Of a stretch of 64,000 bases of DNA, positions 36,538-46,202 are shown one piece after another; positions within the stretch are counted from its first letter, which is position 1; every line of letters starts with the position of its first letter. Where the stretch lies: positions 188,619 through 252,618 of IMG/VR virus record IMGVR_UViG_3300043446_005562; one strand, 5' to 3'. The notes under the pieces were generated by a model, which had not been told where the DNA came from, ran no database searches, and saw only the letters and a list, made by a program, of their open reading frames with translations. A program made the position numbers and the translations under genes.

Positions 36538-36578
36538 TATTTATAAAGCTATTATACCAACTTTTCGGAAAAAGGTTC
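36538..36578 (-). promoter_or_regulatory. Tandem early-type (GAACC-N17-TATAAT) and late (TATAAATA) promoters of the tRNA operon
   Basis: TATAAT at 36551-36556 with GAACC at 36574-36578; TATAAATA at 36538-36545. Confidence 0.65.
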
Positions 36579-37436
36579 TTAGTGTTGAATAATTTTCTTG
36601 GAGGTTCCGTCATCATACAGATAAATCATGATTTCATCTTTGCGGATATATTGAACCGGCCTGCCTAACATATCAACCACACCAATTAATTTGGGTTCAC
36701 GTTTAGTAAAAGTTTTAATTCCGCTTGTAGTGCAAGTTTCAATTGTAATACGTGTGAAGAAGAATGTATCTTGGTCCAAGCATTTATTATACCATTGAGT
36801 TGCAATCAAGTAATGACCATCATGAGGGAATTTGTATTTGATAATGCGAGCATCATTACCCGGTCCTTTCTGCCAAACCAGATCGCTATCATTAAAATCG
36901 TAATACATGTACAGCTGATCATCACTCATAGAATCCCAGTCGTGCTGATTTAGAGAATCTAGCATAGGTCCATTCCAAATATAAGAATACCACTGCCAAC
37001 AAGTATCGCCTTTCTTCCAAGGACCCAGAGTCATTTCACCAACCATACTATCATTACAGGTTCCGGTAGTACTCTTTAAATTATAGACAAACTTAGAGTT
37101 GGGAAAATAAATCAATTCAATAGGACGATAAATCAGAGTATCGCATCCTTTACAACGGTTTTTCACTACGACACGCAAGTAATACTTACCCTTTTTGTTG
37201 AATTGAACTTCGCAAATACCCCTATACGAATAGACAGTATCTAATTTTTTGGTTTGAAGATCAATTACTGTAAACATGTAATCGACACAAGTATCATCCA
37301 ATACTTGACCGCTTAAATACCATTTGTAAAGGTTACGCTGATTCCATTGTTGAAGTTTTAACGTGCTCCAATCACATTTTGCAGAGGCAGTAGCTGATGC
37401 AACGAAAAGCAGAACTGCTAATAGTAGTTTTTTCAC
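36579..37436 (-). CDS. Secreted protein with tandem PKD/Ig-like modules and T9SS-type C-terminal sorting domain
   Basis: Signal peptide; KLIGVVDMLGRPV...IYLYDDGTSKKII tail; internal repeat F.K.G.Y...N.C..CDT. Confidence 0.7.
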   Translation of the reverse strand: MKKLLLAVLLFVASATASAKCDWSTLKLQQWNQRNLYKWYLSGQVLDDTCVDYMFTVIDLQTKKLDTVYSYRGICEVQFNKKGKYYLRVVVKNRCKGCDTLIYRPIELIYFPNSKFVYNLKSTTGTCNDSMVGEMTLGPWKKGDTCWQWYSYIWNGPMLDSLNQHDWDSMSDDQLYMYYDFNDSDLVWQKGPGNDARIIKYKFPHDGHYLIATQWYNKCLDQDTFFFTRITIETCTTSGIKTFTKREPKLIGVVDMLGRPVQYIRKDEIMIYLYDDGTSKKIIQH

Positions 37437-37491
37437 GCCGATCTTATACTAATCAGCACGCAATAAGTTTTTAATGGAAATGTAAAAAAGA

Positions 37492-38124
37492 TTAGTCTTG
37501 AGTCTGGGCTTCCAGGAAAGAAACTACGTCAGAGTAAATTGTCTCTTTATCTGAATTGCTTACGTCCAGCTCATCAAGCAAATATCCGCGTTCTGGCACC
37601 AGCCTGTTAAAATCGTAGTCCGGTCCGCTACGGCCAAAGAATTCGCCGTGAACTCTAATGTCCCCTGTGTGCGTGACCTCAAGGGAAGTTTTAGCATAAA
37701 CGCTATCCCAATTGTATTCCATCTGACGGCGACATGCGTCTTCATACTCGTATTCGGTCATCTGCTTGTCTTCATCGTGAACCAAATCCTCTTGGCCCAG
37801 CATTCGGATTGCATCTGCTTGAGAACCCGAAGACAATACGTATTCGTCAAACGCAGCCGAAAACCAATTCGCAAGATCATAGTCATAAAGTCTAATCCAT
37901 TGGTATCGCGGTATTCTATCAAATCCAGAGTTTGATAGTAGCAGCATTTGAACATAATCCTCCTCATCAATAAAAATTGAACTCTCGCCTGTCTCCCTAA
38001 CCAGGCTTGCCGCTCTGTGCTCCAGTCTAGTCAATTCGTCAGTAAGACCCAATTGAGCAAGGCGGCCTAATCTGTCCTCGTTCTCGGTTATGAATTGATT
38101 AAATCTCTTAAGGGAATGATTCAC
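37492..38124 (-). CDS. Acidic protein with capsid-targeting-like N-terminus
   Basis: MNHSLKRFNQFITENEDRLGRLAQLGL. Confidence 0.65.
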   Translation of the reverse strand: MNHSLKRFNQFITENEDRLGRLAQLGLTDELTRLEHRAASLVRETGESSIFIDEEDYVQMLLLSNSGFDRIPRYQWIRLYDYDLANWFSAAFDEYVLSSGSQADAIRMLGQEDLVHDEDKQMTEYEYEDACRRQMEYNWDSVYAKTSLEVTHTGDIRVHGEFFGRSGPDYDFNRLVPERGYLLDELDVSNSDKETIYSDVVSFLEAQTQD

Positions 38125-38778
38125 TTAGTATCTGCGTAATTTTGCTAGGGCTCTTTTAGCCGCTTCACCGCGCTCGCGAATGTTGTCCTTTTCCTCTTGT
38201 GACATGTGTTTGTACTGTGCATGCTCAGGATCGGAACCCCAACGCTCAAGGTGATCTAGCGCGCTAACGTCTTGTCGATAGCCGTGTACCAAATCATCAT
38301 TGCTGTCGCCCTCTTCATTGCGGCCTCTACGGTAAGGATAATTACCAGCTCCCTTATGATAACGGCCGTATTCGTACACCTCATCATTTGGATCGTACTC
38401 GTCCTCGTCGTACCAGGTCGCGGGATCAAACTCTTCAGCAACTGCTCTGGTAAATTTTGGATCGGTTTGCAAAAATTCAATGGCTGAGTCAATTTCAGCC
38501 GGATCAGAGGTTTCAACGTATTCGTCGCCTTGTGCAACAGCCAACTGTAGATTGGCAATATTGAAGTCTGAAATTCCATAGAAATCGCCAAGCTCATGAA
38601 AGCCATGGCCCTCTTCTCTCTGTGATGGCGTGTATTCGGTTTCGCCCTCTACCTCGGCTGTGCAAATATAATCACGGCCGTCCATTGTGAATTCAAAATC
38701 TTCAACGGTAATCATTTGGGGTCCGCCGTGATGAGATTCATTCACGAATTGGCCGAAATTTGCTACAAAATTCTTCAT
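38125..38778 (-). CDS. Acidic protein with capsid-targeting-like N-terminus
   Basis: MKNFVANFGQFVNE; GATAAATA at 38798-38805. Confidence 0.65.
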   Translation of the reverse strand: MKNFVANFGQFVNESHHGGPQMITVEDFEFTMDGRDYICTAEVEGETEYTPSQREEGHGFHELGDFYGISDFNIANLQLAVAQGDEYVETSDPAEIDSAIEFLQTDPKFTRAVAEEFDPATWYDEDEYDPNDEVYEYGRYHKGAGNYPYRRGRNEEGDSNDDLVHGYRQDVSALDHLERWGSDPEHAQYKHMSQEEKDNIRERGEAAKRALAKLRRY

Positions 38779-38796
38779 TAAGTAATATCTTTCTTG

Positions 38797-39054
38797 TTAT
38801 TTATCCAAGACTCTGTCTATTACTTCAATAGAAATGTATCCATCAGGAGAGTCCCGTTTGACCCGAATGGTCATTTCCGAATGACCTCTAACAAAGAGCA
38901 CATCGTCAACCGCTTCCGCCAGATCATCCGTACACAGGTTTGGGTGCACAATGCCCGGCTGATATGGATCCGTTTCAATCTTTTCGGTGAATTCCGCAAC
39001 AAGCCGCTTAAGCTCTTCTTGCTCGGCCCGACTTCTAAATTCCGACCCTTTCAT
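38797..39054 (-). CDS. Hypothetical protein
   Basis: Packed ORF. Confidence 0.5.
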   Translation of the reverse strand: MKGSEFRSRAEQEELKRLVAEFTEKIETDPYQPGIVHPNLCTDDLAEAVDDVLFVRGHSEMTIRVKRDSPDGYISIEVIDRVLDK

Positions 39055-39058
39055 TGGA

Positions 39059-39688
39059 TTAGCCTACGTATTTTGCAAAATTCGCTGCCGCAATCTGAGC
39101 CTCTTCATAGGTCTTGATTACCTTGGCCCCGCGTTGTCTAAAAGGAATGTGGCCGACTGCCCACTCGTTGAGAGTCTGACCTTCTGGAATTTCACCAAGG
39201 TGCTTTGCAAAGTATCTTTCGTACTGTAAAAGCTCATCATCGCCCGGCACCCAAGTTGCATCGAATAGGCGATCACCTTTGCCGAAGGCACAGGCCGCTC
39301 TATGCGAATAACCAACCCATTGTTTGGTCGATTTCTTCCACGCGGTGAATACGTGAGTTCCCTTTTTGGCAGTAAGACCGTTCTTGAGATACCAATAGCC
39401 TCTCTCCAAATCGCCAACGTATCCGCCGTCTGGGTGCATGCACGAGTTTTCTAGAGAGTGCTCGCCTTTCGGCCCAAAGGTATGAGTTTCAATTCTTAAA
39501 CCTGTTGTGTTCAGAATTGACGCGATTGCTTCCGGTCTGGGTTCACGAGTATCGATTCGACTTACCAACTTGGTAAAGCCCAAGTTTAGATGAACCTTGT
39601 TTAATTTGTTTGAACCGCTCGAATAGTGAGGGTGCTTTTCAAATTTTAGCCTGATTTTGCCCGAGTAGGGCGTTTGATTCTTTATCAT
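39059..39688 (-). CDS. Hypothetical protein
   Basis: WVGYSHRA...FGKGDRLFD...AQIAAANFAKYV. Confidence 0.6.
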   Translation of the reverse strand: MIKNQTPYSGKIRLKFEKHPHYSSGSNKLNKVHLNLGFTKLVSRIDTREPRPEAIASILNTTGLRIETHTFGPKGEHSLENSCMHPDGGYVGDLERGYWYLKNGLTAKKGTHVFTAWKKSTKQWVGYSHRAACAFGKGDRLFDATWVPGDDELLQYERYFAKHLGEIPEGQTLNEWAVGHIPFRQRGAKVIKTYEEAQIAAANFAKYVG

Positions 39689-39699
39689 GTTATCTGTTT

Positions 39700-40071
39700 T
39701 TAAATTTTATTCCATTTGTTATTGGAGTCTAGCACAAAACTGCCGATCCATTCATAAGACCATTCGGTTGGATTTATCATCGACAAAAATAGGTTAGAGT
39801 CCCGACCAACATAGAGATGATAGGCTTGACCTATGATGGGTTCAAATGCAAATTTAGCATTGTAGACCAATTCGTTCCATTTGTACTCTTCAACCAATTT
39901 TTGATACTCGGCCTTTAGCTCATTGAACTTTGTCTGCAAGCTGGCATTTGCCTTGACCGAGCTCCTGGCCTTCCATGCGCTGATGTCTTCTATCTTGATT
40001 GCCGGCGCTCCAACATTACTTGCATAGGGTAAAAGCCCCGGATTATCAGCTACATTGTCTGGCTTTTTCAT
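39700..40071 (-). CDS. DUF2452-like protein
   Basis: LPYASNVGAPAI...YNAKFAFEPIIGQAYHLY...FLSMINPTEW. Confidence 0.7.
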   Translation of the reverse strand: MKKPDNVADNPGLLPYASNVGAPAIKIEDISAWKARSSVKANASLQTKFNELKAEYQKLVEEYKWNELVYNAKFAFEPIIGQAYHLYVGRDSNLFLSMINPTEWSYEWIGSFVLDSNNKWNKI

Positions 40072-40081
40072 TGATACTATT

Positions 40082-40169
40082 TGGCGGAGAGGGAGGGATT
40101 CGAACCCCCGTTAGCTTTCACTAAAACGGTTTTCAAGACCGCCGCATTCGACCGCTCTGCCACCTCTCC
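40082..40169 (-). tRNA. tRNA-Ser(TGA)
   Basis: GCGGT-cttgaaa-ACCGT; long variable arm; CCA. Confidence 0.95.
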
Positions 40170-40205
40170 TGATTTATTATATTATACTACCTTAGTCAAA
40201 AAAAT

Positions 40206-41201
40206 TTACGGATAGGGTTCAATATAATTTTCTATTTGATCTACCGATTTACTAAAGACTAAGAGATCATTATCGTAAACCTCAAATTTTGAAACTCCGC
40301 CCCTAATTTCGTTAAAGGTCCATTCACCGTCTATTGTAAAAGTATGCTCAAAAATTTCGTAATTTGAAAAATCGCCGTAGACCTTTACCTTTCTGCGTAG
40401 AGTGGAATTTTTTCTATTCAAAGAGAATAATATGGTTTGGTCCCCGTATTTGTAAACATCGGTTGAACACTCATGCATTGATTCCGGCAAATGAGAATTG
40501 GAAATAGACTGATTCCACACAGTATCGTTCAATACTTCAGCCAAATCATTCTCGATGTAAATTTGATCCTTGTCTAATTTACTAATGTAATGATACATCA
40601 ATTTTTCAACAGTAACAAAATCCTGATTACCGTATTCTCTGTTCAATAAATCTGAGTAATCCTGCTCATTTTTTATCTCTGGAAAGTTATCTAGAAAAAA
40701 GTCAATTTCGCTGAAAAAATATTGAAAAGTATTTACCTTAGCTGGCTCATTGATGTAAAATTTGGCCTTTTTACCCGCAGCTGCACACGCAAGTGGAGTG
40801 TCGATAAAATCTTGCAAAGTTCTTTCACCAATCAAAGTATCATATTCAATTCGTCTAAAATGGGTGTAACCTAGGTCCTTTGCCAGTTTTAAACTTCTGA
40901 ATAGATTTATGAGCACCGACAGTCCATGCTTTTGAGTGTGAACTTGTAGAGTAAAAAATTTTAGGTCATTAACTACTCTCCACAATAAAAATCTCTCATA
41001 ATTCTCGTATTTGCCTTCAAATAGAGTATTACTCTTGTCGTAGAAAAGATAGTCAACTCGTTCGGCAATGCTTTTATCCAGCACACTATTTGTAATCAAC
41101 AGAACTGGATCAATTGGATTCACCCTATTCAAAAAATTAATCAGCAATTCGTGTTGTTGGTCCCGATCCACGAATGCATCTATGATTGTTATTGTCTTCA
41201 T
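40206..41201 (-). CDS. Hypothetical, possible GT-A-fold protein
   Basis: [15 protein letters not shown]; shares this motif with 43730-44707. Confidence 0.55.
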   Translation of the reverse strand: MKTITIIDAFVDRDQQHELLINFLNRVNPIDPVLLITNSVLDKSIAERVDYLFYDKSNTLFEGKYENYERFLLWRVVNDLKFFTLQVHTQKHGLSVLINLFRSLKLAKDLGYTHFRRIEYDTLIGERTLQDFIDTPLACAAAGKKAKFYINEPAKVNTFQYFFSEIDFFLDNFPEIKNEQDYSDLLNREYGNQDFVTVEKLMYHYISKLDKDQIYIENDLAEVLNDTVWNQSISNSHLPESMHECSTDVYKYGDQTILFSLNRKNSTLRRKVKVYGDFSNYEIFEHTFTIDGEWTFNEIRGGVSKFEVYDNDLLVFSKSVDQIENYIEPYP

Positions 41202-42043
41202 TGTTTTATAGCTAATGTATCAATACCAAATTCAATGATTTTATAATTTAAACTCTGTAAATAGTCAATACACGGTTGATAAGTATTTATGAATTTAGCA
41301 TGTTCATTTTCAAAAATAATGAATTTGGGCAAGTACTTTAAGCCCATAATCAATTCAGCATCATAACCTTCAATATCAGTATGCAGCCAATCGTACTCTT
41401 GATAGTTATTGGACTCAATGAGTTCATTTATTGAAACGCTTTGCCTTTTTTCGGTCAAGATCTCTTCGTCTTTCAAGAATCGCTGATTTACCTGCTTCAC
41501 GACCGAGTCTGTGTATCCCGCTCCGCCCGTGTGCCATTCAATTAATCCACCGTCTACTGTTACAATTTCGTTTACCAGGGTACAGTTGGCTAGGCCATCA
41601 TAATTTTTTTGTAACTCTTTAAATTGAGGCTCGGAACCCTCTATGATTATGCAATCTGTGTCTTGATCCCTTACCGATTGTACCCAATGTCCCCAAACTC
41701 CATTGTGAGATCCTATAACAATGCCTTTGGTATTCTTGTTATATTTACAATAGAAATTAAAGAATTTGTCCAAATCTCCACCGTCGTATAGCGAATTGTA
41801 TTCTCTGGTAAAAATAACATTTCTCTGTTGATCCATGACAGTTATGTTCCATCTACTATTGCCGCCGCCATTCCATTCTGACCAGTGGCCTGGTAACAAT
41901 TGAGTTTCCCAGCCCTCTCCAGCCAGATCATTGAAACTAACGATCAGGGGTTCTTTTATTATGAGAGCCAGCGCAGGATCTAATTCTATTTTAAATGTAA
42001 AAAGCTCAGGATTCTGCTGATTGTGCAATTTAAAGTGTATCAT
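41198..42043 (-). CDS. FkbM-like methyltransferase (C-terminal domain)
   Basis: VIGSHNG, IIEG, DWLHTDIEGYDAEL, IIFE. Confidence 0.7.
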   Translation of the reverse strand: MIHFKLHNQQNPELFTFKIELDPALALIIKEPLIVSFNDLAGEGWETQLLPGHWSEWNGGGNSRWNITVMDQQRNVIFTREYNSLYDGGDLDKFFNFYCKYNKNTKGIVIGSHNGVWGHWVQSVRDQDTDCIIIEGSEPQFKELQKNYDGLANCTLVNEIVTVDGGLIEWHTGGAGYTDSVVKQVNQRFLKDEEILTEKRQSVSINELIESNNYQEYDWLHTDIEGYDAELIMGLKYLPKFIIFENEHAKFINTYQPCIDYLQSLNYKIIEFGIDTLAIKQ

Positions 42044-42117
42044 AGTATATTGTTTGTTTTATTAGCGTTTGGTTCTTTATTTTACTATTAATAATGATAA
42101 GGATCTTATCCATTTTA

Positions 42118-43020
42118 TTAGAGTAATTTTTCTTCCCAGTACTGCACGAAACTGTTTATAGTTTTTTGATCTATTTTTTCCAATTCCTGTAAATGATTTC
42201 TAACCAAGCCGACCGTATCATTAGCCCATTTTAAATCATCTAAGCCATAGGCTACTCCAAACATTTGAGTAGGATTGCTTAATCTATATTCCAACGGAGT
42301 AGTGTTTTTGTCCGGATTCAATATTATTGATTTACAACCGCATAAAGCGGCCGCTGCAGTAATATATGATTTAGAATCAAATGTGACCAAATACTCAAAT
42401 TTATTAAATTCATCGGATAGTTCACTGAATTTACCATCAAGCATCAAACTAGTTAAATTTTTTGCATTGAATTTATCAACAAAATCTAAACCCCAGTCTG
42501 GAGTGTACTTATGATTGATAAAACAAAAACCATTTCTTTTAGCGTTTTTGCTAGTGTACGTTTCTAATTTATAGTCAGTTACAATTAATTTTTGCTGTTT
42601 TATATTTTTTGGTACAAAAAAGGATCCATAATTGTATATTAGATCAGTTTCGTCATAACTTTTCCATTTTTCATGATCATCATGTAAAATCCATCTACAC
42701 GTATGTATTGTTCCAAATGGATTGTGCCACGTATTTTGGTTGTATATTGAAATGGTTTTATGTAGATCATACGCAAACGGCTCCCAACTAAACTCCGAAT
42801 CCCAAGGATTACCTTTTTCTTCAGTCTTTGAAGTTGGAATCGTATTAATATTTTCATGGGGATAGCACGGTTCATCAAAAACATATACAATGTGTCCTCG
42901 ATTTGCTAACTCATAGGCCAGTTTGTGAACTGCGATTGAACCTCCCCTATTTTCAAAACCAATAGAACATAGCGTATCAACGATAAATGTTAGCTTTCCT
43001 TCCTCGTTTTTTAAAAGCAT
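42118..43020 (-). CDS. Putative glycosyltransferase-like protein
   Basis: GGSIAVHKLAYELANRGH...AAALCGCKSII. Confidence 0.55.
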   Translation of the reverse strand: MLLKNEEGKLTFIVDTLCSIGFENRGGSIAVHKLAYELANRGHIVYVFDEPCYPHENINTIPTSKTEEKGNPWDSEFSWEPFAYDLHKTISIYNQNTWHNPFGTIHTCRWILHDDHEKWKSYDETDLIYNYGSFFVPKNIKQQKLIVTDYKLETYTSKNAKRNGFCFINHKYTPDWGLDFVDKFNAKNLTSLMLDGKFSELSDEFNKFEYLVTFDSKSYITAAAALCGCKSIILNPDKNTTPLEYRLSNPTQMFGVAYGLDDLKWANDTVGLVRNHLQELEKIDQKTINSFVQYWEEKLL

Positions 43021-43022
43021 AG

Positions 43023-43733
43023 TTATTTTTTCTTTAAGACTATTTTTAAGTTATCATAGTGATCGTAGTGATTACCAATTAACTCCCATTCTATTCTGCC
43101 AGCCAGCGCCTCTTGATATAGATGTGCGCCCTTGCCGATCATTGGATATTGAATAGCTACATTACTCTCGGTTCCATTCTGAAACCATTGTAGCAAACTA
43201 TTATTTCTCCAATTGTCATCAATTATTATGATACTGCCAGGTTTCATCAGCCTCTCGATTGCTGTGAATTCTTTCCATACATGAAGCGCGCTCGGAAAAG
43301 GATCGAACAGCTGAAAATCATAACTATCTAGATGAATGATATTTGGGATGATTGGAGGAGTCTTCAAGAATTCTATTGAGTCTTGACAATAGGTTTTGTA
43401 CTTTAGATTAGGTAGTTGAGTTTTAAAAATAATTTCACTATTTTCGCAGGCTGACTGATCTAGATCGACCGAATGCATTTGCCCACCGTATTGATCTATT
43501 GCGTGCGCAAAAAATAATCCAAATAGTCCATACTCCAGATGACCACTAACGCCAGTTTCTATTAAATTAATTTCGTCAAATTGAAAATTCTCGGAAAGAC
43601 AATCGACTAGTGTGTTCATCTGACGTACTCTTAACTGATATCCCTTATGATTATAATAGTCTTCTACCTTATCCTCAAGATATTGATTGTACTGTACAAT
43701 TGAATTCAATAGGATCTGCTTCAAATTTTTCAT
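43023..43733 (-). CDS. Class I SAM-dependent methyltransferase
   Basis: LIETG, HSVDLD, DSIEFL, IHLDS, IIIDD, GKG. Confidence 0.7.
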   Translation of the reverse strand: MKNLKQILLNSIVQYNQYLEDKVEDYYNHKGYQLRVRQMNTLVDCLSENFQFDEINLIETGVSGHLEYGLFGLFFAHAIDQYGGQMHSVDLDQSACENSEIIFKTQLPNLKYKTYCQDSIEFLKTPPIIPNIIHLDSYDFQLFDPFPSALHVWKEFTAIERLMKPGSIIIIDDNWRNNSLLQWFQNGTESNVAIQYPMIGKGAHLYQEALAGRIEWELIGNHYDHYDNLKIVLKKK

Positions 43734-44707
43734 GATGTAATTTGATTTTTTTGAATAAGGAAGTTTTTACTTTTGAACAACTCTAAATTAGTTTCATTTA
43801 ATTCTACCGACTTGGTTAGAGTATCATCAATATAAATTTTTATCTTGATAGGCAAAGTCATTTCACAAAGTCTTGTCATTGTCCACGACGATGGCGGCGG
43901 ACACGAGTATGTACGAATAGTATCGTTGACTGAAACTGCAATATTATAGTTTCCGCCATGCTCATTGTAGATGAACAGCTCTAAATGATCAGCTGTCGTA
44001 TTGTATATTGGAATGACCCAATTCAGGCCTCTAGAATTATGAGAATCTATTAAATCTATTTTTCCAGAAATTTTGACCAGATTCGAAACATCATAATGAT
44101 ACACACTTCGGTTGTTTGAGACTAGTCTTGAAAAAATATGCTCAGTATGTTTGGATTCAGATTCACGTAACTCATTGATGATTTTTTCATTAGTCATTGG
44201 TGATTCAATTTCTAGATTGTCTACTCGAAAAGCCCAGTATGGGCCATGCGTCCAACCTATTTCAAAGTCTCTGACTAAAACCGTATCGTAATCTATTAAT
44301 ATTTTACTTGCATCAGTGATAGCTTTAAGATTCTCTGGCAGTAAATCGTACTCAACATAGTGTAAATTTCGATAGCCATTGAATTTTGCAAAATTAATTG
44401 AATTATAGATCATTCCGTATACGGCCAAATGAGTGCTCTTTGAGAAGATCAATGTTGAATTTATAAAAAAATCAGGGTGATTAAATTCAAAAGAATTTGT
44501 AAGATCAAAGTCTTCAAGAATATTGTTGAATCTATCGTATATTACAAAATCAACAAGTTCACAAAAGGTTTCACCAATTGGGCAATGACTCATTATCAAT
44601 AAATCGTAAGACTTTCGATAGTCCTGTAATTTTAATAATAACTCAAGTAAGATTTGCCTTTTTTCCGGAGTCGGACAGTGCGCCGAAATTGCTATTAGTT
44701 CTTTCAT
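43730..44707 (-). CDS. Hypothetical, paralog of 40206-41201
   Basis: LVDFVIYD...AKFNGYRNLHYVEYD. Confidence 0.55.
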   Translation of the reverse strand: MKELIAISAHCPTPEKRQILLELLLKLQDYRKSYDLLIMSHCPIGETFCELVDFVIYDRFNNILEDFDLTNSFEFNHPDFFINSTLIFSKSTHLAVYGMIYNSINFAKFNGYRNLHYVEYDLLPENLKAITDASKILIDYDTVLVRDFEIGWTHGPYWAFRVDNLEIESPMTNEKIINELRESESKHTEHIFSRLVSNNRSVYHYDVSNLVKISGKIDLIDSHNSRGLNWVIPIYNTTADHLELFIYNEHGGNYNIAVSVNDTIRTYSCPPPSSWTMTRLCEMTLPIKIKIYIDDTLTKSVELNETNLELFKSKNFLIQKNQITS

Positions 44708-45300
44708 ACTTTAAGAGCGGGAGTTCCAATATAGGTTCCAGGTTGATCGATATTTTTAGTTACGCCAGCGTTCATTCCAATTACAGCATCATCACATACT
44801 GATAATTTTTGTTTGATACATGATCGAGTACCGAAGTAAACTCGATTACCGATCGTTTCATTTCCTGAAATTTGTACACCTGGTGCAGTTGTAAAATAAT
44901 CTCCGATTATGCAATCATGACCGATTGTAGTTATTAAATTTATGTGAGCGTGTTTACCTATTTTTACATTAGTTGTTATTATAGAGCCAGCGCAAATAAT
45001 GCTACCTTCCCCAATTTCAACGTCCGGCCCATGAATTTGAGCGGACGAATTGATGTGAGTAAAAAATTTAGTATTGGCTGGCAAACTTTCTACGATTCGC
45101 TGTCTGTGATTTGAGTCAGCTATTGCGACGACTAACGTATATTCAAGAGGATCAAATTTAGATAGAGGTAGAATCAGTGGATCACTTCCATTAAAGTATG
45201 CATCATCTACGAAAAAAACCGTATTTTCTCGTTCACTCGGGTTTAGACTCCAGTATACTTCTCTACCAAATCCTCCTGCTCCAACTATTCCCTTTCTCAT
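44704..45300 (-). CDS. Sugar O-/N-acetyltransferase (NeuD/PglD family)
   Basis: GAGGFGREV, hexapeptide repeats, IGHD, GTPA. Confidence 0.9.
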   Translation of the reverse strand: MRKGIVGAGGFGREVYWSLNPSERENTVFFVDDAYFNGSDPLILPLSKFDPLEYTLVVAIADSNHRQRIVESLPANTKFFTHINSSAQIHGPDVEIGEGSIICAGSIITTNVKIGKHAHINLITTIGHDCIIGDYFTTAPGVQISGNETIGNRVYFGTRSCIKQKLSVCDDAVIGMNAGVTKNIDQPGTYIGTPALKV

Positions 45301-45926
45301 TGATTATAAATTTCAAATTTTGATAGATCCGGATATGGCAATTCTAGATCTGCCTGTTTTTTCTTGGAACCATCGAGATTGTAAAACTGATTCATTAATA
45401 AAAGACCTCGAGCCGCCAGTTCAGGCATCATGTAAAAATTCCAACCGAGCATGTCAAAGTGATCATCATGATACGAACACTCTCTACGACCAGAATATCT
45501 TGCACGTTTGAACCAATGATATGCTTCTAAGTTATCGGTTAAGATTGCACCGCCCTTACTTAATTTGAAGTGCTTGTACGGCCCAGTGAATGAAATACAC
45601 ATGTGAGTGCCGGGCTTGTACATGTCAGCAGTGAAGCTCAGTGCTGAATCCCAAACTCGGGTTGGTTCTAGTTGATACGCGCCTTTGATTGTTTTGCCCT
45701 CAACTGGTCTAAATTTAACCTTTGCACCAGCGTGAATGATTTCGCATGGGACTGAAGGATAGGTTCTGGCCGGAATGGTTATCTCCTGACCAGTAACTTT
45801 TTCATAGTAGAGCGCAAGGAATAGAGCATTACTTTGATTATCCACAGTAATACAGTAAGGTGCACCAGTGTAGTCACATAAAGCTTTTTCAAAGTCTTCG
45901 GTTATTTTATAGACACCATTTGCCAT
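45297..45926 (-). CDS. Short DegT/DnrJ/EryC1/StrS-family aminotransferase
   Basis: FEKALCDYTGA, DSA, SFTGPYK..KGGAILT, GWNFYM; only 209 aa. Confidence 0.8.
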   Translation of the reverse strand: MANGVYKITEDFEKALCDYTGAPYCITVDNQSNALFLALYYEKVTGQEITIPARTYPSVPCEIIHAGAKVKFRPVEGKTIKGAYQLEPTRVWDSALSFTADMYKPGTHMCISFTGPYKHFKLSKGGAILTDNLEAYHWFKRARYSGRRECSYHDDHFDMLGWNFYMMPELAARGLLLMNQFYNLDGSKKKQADLELPYPDLSKFEIYNQ

Positions 45927-45971
45927 AATTAATTTGTTTTAGATATTTTACTCCAAAGACCTTGTCGGTTT

Positions 45972-46202
45972 TTAGAAAGGTCTCTCCCCAATTAGGGCTT
46001 CTCTGTGCCAGAGCGGAGTTCGATATTGAATCAGTTTGTCAACCATTTCTCGAATTGGCATGCCGAATTTTTGACACCGATCCGAGATGGGACGATCATC
46101 GTCTCCTTCCGGTTGTAACCACTCCTCGTAAAAGAAACCTAGTGCATGATCGTGACCATACACTAGGAGTTTGTCAGCTGCGCGTTTTGTGTATCTGCTC
46201 AT
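45972..46202 (-). CDS. Hypothetical protein
   Basis: Overlap-coupled ORF; YGHDHALGFF. Confidence 0.5.
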   Translation of the reverse strand: MSRYTKRAADKLLVYGHDHALGFFYEEWLQPEGDDDRPISDRCQKFGMPIREMVDKLIQYRTPLWHREALIGERPF

